Positions 57,487 through 64,000 of a stretch of 64,000 bases of DNA are shown here, in pieces; position 1 is the first letter of the stretch, and each line of letters begins with the position of its first letter. Source of the stretch: Spirochaetota bacterium (GTDB lineage Bacteria; Spirochaetota; UBA12135; COTS27; CBDBHE01); the NCBI GenBank assembly GCA_965205605.1, contig CBDBHE010000007.1, positions 160,001 through 224,000 on the forward strand, read 5' to 3'. A program made the position numbers and the translations under genes. The notes under the pieces were generated by a model. That model saw nothing but the letters and a program-made list of their open reading frames with translations, made no database searches and had not been told where the DNA came from.

Positions 57487-57955
57487 TTGACTAGTACAGA
57501 AAATAGAAATGATCCACTTCCAAAAATTTCTAAAAAAATAGAAAGAGAAGCTTTTGAAGCGGGTGCAGAGTTATTGTTTCCCTTAAAATCTTTTGTTGAA
57601 GGCTCTCAAGATTTTCCTAGCAATTTTGAATCTATTAAAAAAATAGCAAAAAAATATAAAGCTTCTTTTGAAGCAACTTGTATTCGATATGCCCAGACGC
57701 ATCAAGGAAAAGTAGGAATGATGGTTGTTATTAGAAATGATGACAGGAAAAACTCTTTTGAAATTAATCAAAATGAAAAAGAGTCTTTCTTATCTGATTC
57801 TTTCGAAAATCAAGATACTATCAATCAAGAGATTTTTTAAAAGTTAAATATTGTTCTTGTTCTAAGTTGTTTTCTCATTTCATTAAGGCAAATACGGAAA
57901 TCAGAGATGGAAGCTTAATTGACGAATGTTATCAAAAAAAAAGAAACAATTACTG
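57487..57955 (+). pseudogene. ImmA/IrrE-like remnant, containing the right arm of the inverted repeat (57573-57955)
   Basis: EREAFEAGAELLFP...KYKASFEATCIRY; inverted copy of 23392-23734. Confidence 0.7.
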
Positions 57956-58335
57956 GGGAAAGTGCGGTGCTAAAATGATAGGAAGCTCTGCAAAATCAGG
58001 AAAACATTTTTATTACGCTTGCCATAACTACATTAAAAAAGGCAAAAATGTCTGTGACACTAGGTTTATCAATAAAAAAGAAATAGAAACGCTCATCATT
58101 AGCAATCTTAAAACTCATGTTTTCACAGAAGGAAATCTGAGCAAACTTTTGAAAATTATTAAACAGGAAAAGAAGGGGCATCAAGAAGAATCTGTTTTAC
58201 AAATACAAACATTAGAGAAGCAACTAGAAACTTTACAAGCGAAATTAGACAAACTTTACTAAATATTAGAAACAGGAAAACTTGATTTAAATGCTCTTGC
58301 TCCTCGAATTAAAGAATTCAAACATCAAACATGGG
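57956..58335 (+). pseudogene. large serine recombinase zinc-ribbon/coiled-coil remnant
   Basis: GKCGAKMIG...YYAC...C; 57957-58012 matches the reverse complement of 22905-22960; internal stop at 58260-58262. Confidence 0.85.
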
Positions 58336-58470
58336 TTTATTTTTAAATAGTTTATCTTGAAGAAATAGCCATCATTTTTTTTAAATTTAATAGAAAAAAA
58401 AAACTCATGTAATTGATCAAAGTTCTACTATTCTTAATAACAAATCTTTTAAAAAAATTGAGGACGTTAT

Positions 58471-58929
58471 ATGAATACCTATTATTTTTATTTTAAAAAA
58501 TTAATCTTGATGCCAATTTTGCTCATCTTAATCTCTTGTTCTGAGATGGTAGAGCCTGAAATTTCTGAACTGAGTGATTTTATTGAAATCGGAGAAGCCG
58601 AAGTAGGTAATTTTCAAGTTATTTTTAAACGTGTTTCCCGAGATGCTACTCATAGAGTTAAAATAAAAATAAAGGAAGACCTGAGTGTTATCATACTTCA
58701 AAATGATGAAAATTTTTTATTTTCTCTTATAAGTGATCATGTTATGAATTTCAATTCTTTGAATCCGATTGAGAAAGATCAAGAAGTATTTATCTATCGC
58801 CAGAAGGTAATGGGTTCAATGTTTGACACATTGAGAGATTTTAAAATTAAATATGCCGAAATAAGTTTTTATGATAATAACAGATTAGTTCGTAAAAAGT
58901 TTATACTCAATAAAAAGTATGAATTATAA
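58471..58929 (+). CDS. hypothetical lipoprotein (paralog of 43721-44239)
   Basis: GAGG RBS, lipobox LISC. Confidence 0.7.
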   Translation: MNTYYFYFKKLILMPILLILISCSEMVEPEISELSDFIEIGEAEVGNFQVIFKRVSRDATHRVKIKIKEDLSVIILQNDENFLFSLISDHVMNFNSLNPIEKDQEVFIYRQKVMGSMFDTLRDFKIKYAEISFYDNNRLVRKKFILNKKYEL

Positions 58930-59339
58930 AGCTCCCTACCTTTTTAAAGCTTGGTATTTTAACGTCCCTTATCGATAAAAAAACTCGGTGTTTTAGTTTA
59001 GAGAAAATGCACCTAAATCGAAATGGACTCACTCAAGACTTTTTTTAGGTAACCTTTCATTTGAAAATGACAAAATCAGTGAAAAGAAAAAAATTAAAAC
59101 ACTCCGTCGTTATTAGCACACGCAAGTGCCGCAAAGACAACCCATGACGATGTTTCAAAAGAATTAAAACCGAATTATAAGGTGATGGTTTTCATTTTAT
59201 CAAACTTCTGAAAACATGATTCCTTTAGCTAACACGCCAGACTACTTCCATTATTTTTAGCAAAATTGCTTGATGTTCCAATATTCTAGCGGAGTAACCA
59301 AAAAAGAATCCCCAATGCAAATTTGATCATTATTTTCTA

Positions 59340-59950
59340 CGTACTTTTTAACCATCCACTTCCACTTTACGGTCTTGGAGAAAATTTTTAAACCTTCCTA
59401 AAAATTCAAGTTGCTGATCAATCTCAACCTTACTTTTAGAATCAAGAAGGGTGAAATATTCCCCATATATAATAAATCGCTTGGCAATTTTAATACCTAC
59501 CTCTATGGATAAACACGGTTTTATAAAAACCTCTGATTTGTTAGCAGTAACTCTAAAAAAATTTTCTTGATTAATTTTAAAAACATATTCAGGAAAAATA
59601 AACTGAAGAAAATTCACACCTCCTTCTAAGGTAACAAAAAATCCTACAGATTCATCAAGTTGAAGACCTGCCGTAAATCCAAAAAAAATGAGAATATTCA
59701 CATAATAAAAACCACCCTTGATGTTGACATCAATTTCATTATTTCAAAACGCAATAGAAGTATTTTCTTCTTCAGGGCTTAAGATATCGTCAGCTCCAAC
59801 ATTAATCAAAAAATAAGCTTCTTGAGGTTTTATTGGAATGAGTAAATATTGATACCTAATCCCAACATTAAACCCCGTTAAAATATTTAAAGGATAGCCC
59901 AAACGACTGTTTTAATTTGCCTTCATCTTCTGAATGATTGGTTTTTATCA
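59340..59950 (-). pseudogene. fragmented exported/outer-membrane beta-strand protein
   Basis: Beta-strand-like ORF 59348-59701 plus upstream out-of-frame pieces. Confidence 0.35.
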
Positions 59951-60705
59951 CAAGTTAATAAACTCATGATTCTTTTTTATTAAAATTGTTTTTGAAGTTC
60001 AACCATTAGTTTTCTGTTACCATTCCCAACAAGATTCCCCTCTGTTTTATAATCACTTGTTTCTTCCGTATAAGAATCCCAAGCAACTTTTATGATTCCA
60101 AATCCAAATACTAATGTGTAAACACCTATGCTGAGTACTGGATCTAGATCATCACGAAAGAGAGTGGCATCTTCATCGCTGAAGCCTATTTATTACTAGC
60201 CCTGTTACGGACAAAATTAGCCCAAATAATAAAAAGAAATCTGTCAGAATAAAATGCGTTTCTGGTAACAAACCAAAAAAATCCCACATTATTCCATCCT
60301 CCATTAGTTTATAAAAATCACTTTCATTCATCAGTTTTGTGCTTCCAAAAGCAGCCCATTTTTCTATAATCTCCTTCTCTTAAAAGCGGTTTCAAATTTA
60401 TTTTTTATTTGTTGTATTCTACAATTTGTTTTCTATCTAGTTCTTAACTAAAAATAGGGATTGTAATCAAGCAAATCGATACAAATATATATTGATGATT
60501 GTTTTCATTTTTTTCTCCTAATTTTTATGATTTTTTTAAAAATCAAAAATAGGGTCTTTATATTAAATTGATATCTGCTATAAGATCATGGTTTTTATTT
60601 AATTTAAAGAAGCTTTCCAAATTGCCAAGCAAATCAACTGTCTCGTTGTCAATAAAAATCGAAAAATATTGATGTTATAATTTATTTTAATTAAAAAACA
60701 AAATC

Positions 60706-61098
60706 ATGGAAAATCGATTTATTACTTGTCTCAATTGTATTGATGGTCGCACTCAAATCCCACTTTTGGGATGGCTCAAACAAGAAACAAAGATAGCGTA
60801 TGTTGATTTAATCACCGAACCTGGTATCAACGGATTACTAAGTAAAAACGATGCTTATCAAATAAAAAGTGTTTTAAAACGAATTGATATTTCTATCAAG
60901 ATGCATGATTCAAAAAAAATTTTTATTGCAGGGCATTCTGATTGCAAAGGGTATGTGGCAAATGAAAAAGAGCATAAAAAAGCCATTACAGATTTAAGCA
61001 AGTATCTTAAAAAAAAATACCCCTTTATGGAAATAACAGGTCTTTGGATTTCTCTTTTAAAAGAAAGTACTCCTATTGAGAAAGTGATGATTCTTTAA
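60706..61098 (+). CDS. putative small beta-class-like carbonic anhydrase
   Basis: NCIDGR (CxDxR) and GHSDC (HxxC) Zn-ligand motifs, ITEPG. Confidence 0.75.
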   Translation: MENRFITCLNCIDGRTQIPLLGWLKQETKIAYVDLITEPGINGLLSKNDAYQIKSVLKRIDISIKMHDSKKIFIAGHSDCKGYVANEKEHKKAITDLSKYLKKKYPFMEITGLWISLLKESTPIEKVMIL

Positions 61099-61407
61099 TT
61101 TTTTTTTAATCTCTTTTGACATCAAGTTTAAAGTAATCAGCATTGCTGAAAAAAAATCAAAGAAAGTGAAAAGCTCTTCATCAGCTTTATTCTAATACAC
61201 AATTTTTGTATGAAGATGAACAAGAGCTTATTATTTTCTTACAAAATATAAAATTAATAGATACAGGCTGATTTTCAAAGAAGTAAGCAAAAATCTGACA
61301 ATATCCTTTTCTTTAGATATTTATGACTCCTTTTTGTAAAGAGACCTCTTTTAAAAAAAATAAGAAAGCACGGACAGACTATCCAAAGAAAGATAGATTA
61401 TTATTTA

Positions 61408-63735
61408 TCATAATAAATTAAAATCCTTTGATTGGTTCCCAACTCTGATAGTAAAATCTCCTTCTTCAAGAATTAAATTTCCTTTTTCGTCTGGAAAGGA
61501 TAAATCTTTTATAGGATTAATAGTGAATTCGATTGTTTTATTTTCATTGGGTTTTAAAAATATTTTTTGAAAATAAAAAAGCTTTTTAAAAGGTCGATTA
61601 TAAATAGTACTAACCTTATCAGAGATAAAAAACAACACATTTTCTTTTCCTTCTTGTTTGCCAATGTTTTTAATATTTACAGTTCCTTTGATAACTTCAT
61701 TTTTTTTTATGTCATTTTTTTCAAGAGTTAAACTAGAATAATTAAAGTCAGTGTAACTTAATCCATGCCCAAAAGAATAAGCAATTGCCTTATGATAAAA
61801 ACGTTTTTTTATATTTTTATGGACTAGAATAAAGTCTTCTTTTTTTTGTTTTTTCTTAACATTATAAGGAAGATAACTCCTTGCATGACTTGGATAGCTA
61901 AAAGAAAGTTTTCCACTGGGGTTAATACGACCTCTAATGATATCCGCTATAGCATCTGCTCCATATTCTCCTGGTAAACCAGCAAACAAAACTGAACGAG
62001 GCTCTAGTCCATCTCTTATAATATAACCATAAGTGTTAGGTCTCCCTTCAATAAGAAGTAGAATACAATTTTTATTAGCTCTAGAAGCAAGTCTAATAGT
62101 GGTTTGTTGCTCTTTAGTTAACTCAAGATCATAAGTATTACCCTCACCTTCAGCATATGGTTCATCTCCAGAGGCAAGGATCACATAATTTGCCTGTTTA
62201 ACTGCCTTTAAAAAATTTTGCTGTTCTAATTTTGTACTAACTTTAGGCTTGTCTAACAATCGAACTTTCGACTGCTTAAACCTATCTTTTATTGCTGTAT
62301 AAACGGTGTGCATGTCACTAGAAAAAAATCCTTCAGGTCCTCCCTGCCATTTTAGTGCCCAACCACCACATAAGTTTCTTTTGGAATTAGCACTAATCCC
62401 AGTGACTAAAATAGTTTGACCACGTTTGTCATTAATCGGTAACAAACTACCATTGTTTTTAAGTAAAACAATGGACTGATGAGCTGCTTCTAATGCTTTT
62501 AGTTCATTTTCTTTAGTACCAATTCTGTAATGAAATTTTTTATTGGGATACGGATTTTCAAAAAGTCCTAATTTAAATTTTAACCTAAGAATACGCTCTA
62601 CAGAGGCGTTGATACGTTTTTCTGAAATAACACCTTCTTTAACAAGAGTGAATAAGTCTCTCCCAAAAGAATCGCTATAAGGGACCATACTCATATCGAT
62701 CCCTGCTTTAATAGCAAGTGTTACTGCTTCGAGATTATTTTTGGCGAAACCATGTTTATTATGTAGCTGAATAATGTCTTTCCAATCAGTGAGAACAACC
62801 CCTTTAAATTTCATTTGTTTTCGTAGCAAGTCAGTTAAAATTGCCTTTGAAGCATGAACAGGAACTCCATTAATACTACCACTATTGATCATGACCGTTT
62901 CTAATCCCGCGTCAAAAACTGCCTGAAAAGCAGGTCTATGAAATTCCTGTAAATATTGTGGGCCTATGTAAGCTTCCTCTCTATCAAAACCTGTCCTTGG
63001 TACAGAATACCCGAGAAAGTGTTTGGCAGTTGCCGTCAAACGAGTAGTCACTAGTTTATTACCAGCTTCTATTCCTTTCACATAACCTACTCCCATTTTA
63101 CTAGTTAGGTAAGGATCCTCTCCAAATGTTTCATAGGCACGTGACCAATAAGGCTCTTGCATCAAGTCAAGAAGTGGGGCAAAATTCCAATGTGTCCCTA
63201 AGTGAGATGTTTCTAACACGGTCACTTTAGCCATTTCAAATGCTAATTCAGGATTAAAGCTATTTGCTAATGCATTTGCTTGGGGAAACATCGTCCCCCC
63301 TCTCACATAAGAAGTCCCATGGATGTTATCGATCCCAACGATAAGTGGTATCGATAAGCGAGATTTTTCCATCGCTATTTTTTGTAATTCATACAAAAAA
63401 GTTACAAGTTTATCGGGGGTAGATGAACCAGCTACCAAAAATGAGCCAACCTTTTCTACAAGAATCCTTTGTTCTGCTTTTTTGAAGTCCACTTTGTATT
63501 CGCCTTTTTTCGAACCAGCTTTTTTCAAATGAATGGTTCGATGGCTTAATTGAGTCATTTGCCCTATTTTTTCCTTTACAGTCATTTGTTTTAATAGATT
63601 GTTTACCCGTTTTTCAATCGAAATTTTGGGATCTTTATAAAGAAATTTGTTTGATTTTTTATTAAGCGGAATCGATGCACTATGTAATAAACCAATAAAC
63701 AAAAAGCCACTAGTAATGATATTTTTTGTACTCAT
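61408..63735 (-). CDS. exported glycoside hydrolase family 3 beta-glucosidase
   Basis: EKIGQM, GIDNIHG, ETFGEDP, AKHFLG, VLTDW, NPSGKL, FGHGLSYT, FN3-like tail. Confidence 0.93.
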   Translation of the reverse strand: MSTKNIITSGFLFIGLLHSASIPLNKKSNKFLYKDPKISIEKRVNNLLKQMTVKEKIGQMTQLSHRTIHLKKAGSKKGEYKVDFKKAEQRILVEKVGSFLVAGSSTPDKLVTFLYELQKIAMEKSRLSIPLIVGIDNIHGTSYVRGGTMFPQANALANSFNPELAFEMAKVTVLETSHLGTHWNFAPLLDLMQEPYWSRAYETFGEDPYLTSKMGVGYVKGIEAGNKLVTTRLTATAKHFLGYSVPRTGFDREEAYIGPQYLQEFHRPAFQAVFDAGLETVMINSGSINGVPVHASKAILTDLLRKQMKFKGVVLTDWKDIIQLHNKHGFAKNNLEAVTLAIKAGIDMSMVPYSDSFGRDLFTLVKEGVISEKRINASVERILRLKFKLGLFENPYPNKKFHYRIGTKENELKALEAAHQSIVLLKNNGSLLPINDKRGQTILVTGISANSKRNLCGGWALKWQGGPEGFFSSDMHTVYTAIKDRFKQSKVRLLDKPKVSTKLEQQNFLKAVKQANYVILASGDEPYAEGEGNTYDLELTKEQQTTIRLASRANKNCILLLIEGRPNTYGYIIRDGLEPRSVLFAGLPGEYGADAIADIIRGRINPSGKLSFSYPSHARSYLPYNVKKKQKKEDFILVHKNIKKRFYHKAIAYSFGHGLSYTDFNYSSLTLEKNDIKKNEVIKGTVNIKNIGKQEGKENVLFFISDKVSTIYNRPFKKLFYFQKIFLKPNENKTIEFTINPIKDLSFPDEKGNLILEEGDFTIRVGNQSKDFNLL

Positions 63736-64000
63736 TGCAATATTTTAACATCTATTTTTTATACAAAACTCTTTTTTAAAAAAAATTTTCTACATCTTCT
63801 CTATTTTTTTAATAAGATCGGAAAAATTAATTTTAAGTTCTTTAAAAATAGTTAATAAAGTAAAGATGCCGTGATTTTTTTTAAACCCCTTTGATCCTTC
63901 CAACATAGAGATTTTAGAATGACTGACGTTAGTTCTTCTGGCTAACTCTCTTTGAGAGATATTTATTTTAGATCGATGCTTGCCTATTTCTTCGGCAATT

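Larger units (their letters stand above)
22800..58340. mobile_element. tRNA-Asn-adjacent genomic island / decayed prophage mosaic with cargo
   Basis: Recombinase/ImmA remnants at both ends, phage fragments, two CRISPR-Cas loci, high pseudogene density; boundaries approximate, no att duplication found. Confidence 0.7.

Noticed and set aside
22783-64000. attR duplication of the tRNA-Asn 3' end
   Set aside because: No second copy of CCTACTCGGGGAG found by eye, so the island ends stay approximate.

Overview
AT-rich bacterial window, most likely from a spirochete (FlaA sheath flagellin, CheX, Bdr-like proteins, many lipoproteins). 1-22.5 kb is core genome: purK, purE, OmpA-family protein, carbamoyltransferase cluster, coaBC, trhO, miaB, bioA, flaA, lnt, ligA. 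Several of these genes carry 1-bp frameshifts, mostly in homopolymers, which suggests consensus errors. Just after tRNA-Asn (22710-22782) a ~35 kb island begins. It is bracketed by two inverted, independently decayed copies of an ImmA/IrrE + large serine recombinase module (22.9-24.0 kb and 57.5-58.3 kb). Inside, phage remnants (primase/helicase fragments, small and large terminase, Bdr-like repeat proteins) alternate with cargo. The cargo includes a decaying type V-A CRISPR locus with one repeat, an intact type II-C Cas9 locus with tracrRNA and one spacer, a heparinase-like lyase, an HsdR_N nuclease and an RND/TolC pair. The most notable cargo is an operon encoding an ammonium transporter fused to a CheA-type Hpt-HATPase kinase, followed by CheX and CheY. 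The window ends with a putative carbonic anhydrase and a GH3 glucosidase. All family calls rest on motif recognition by eye; no database searches were run.
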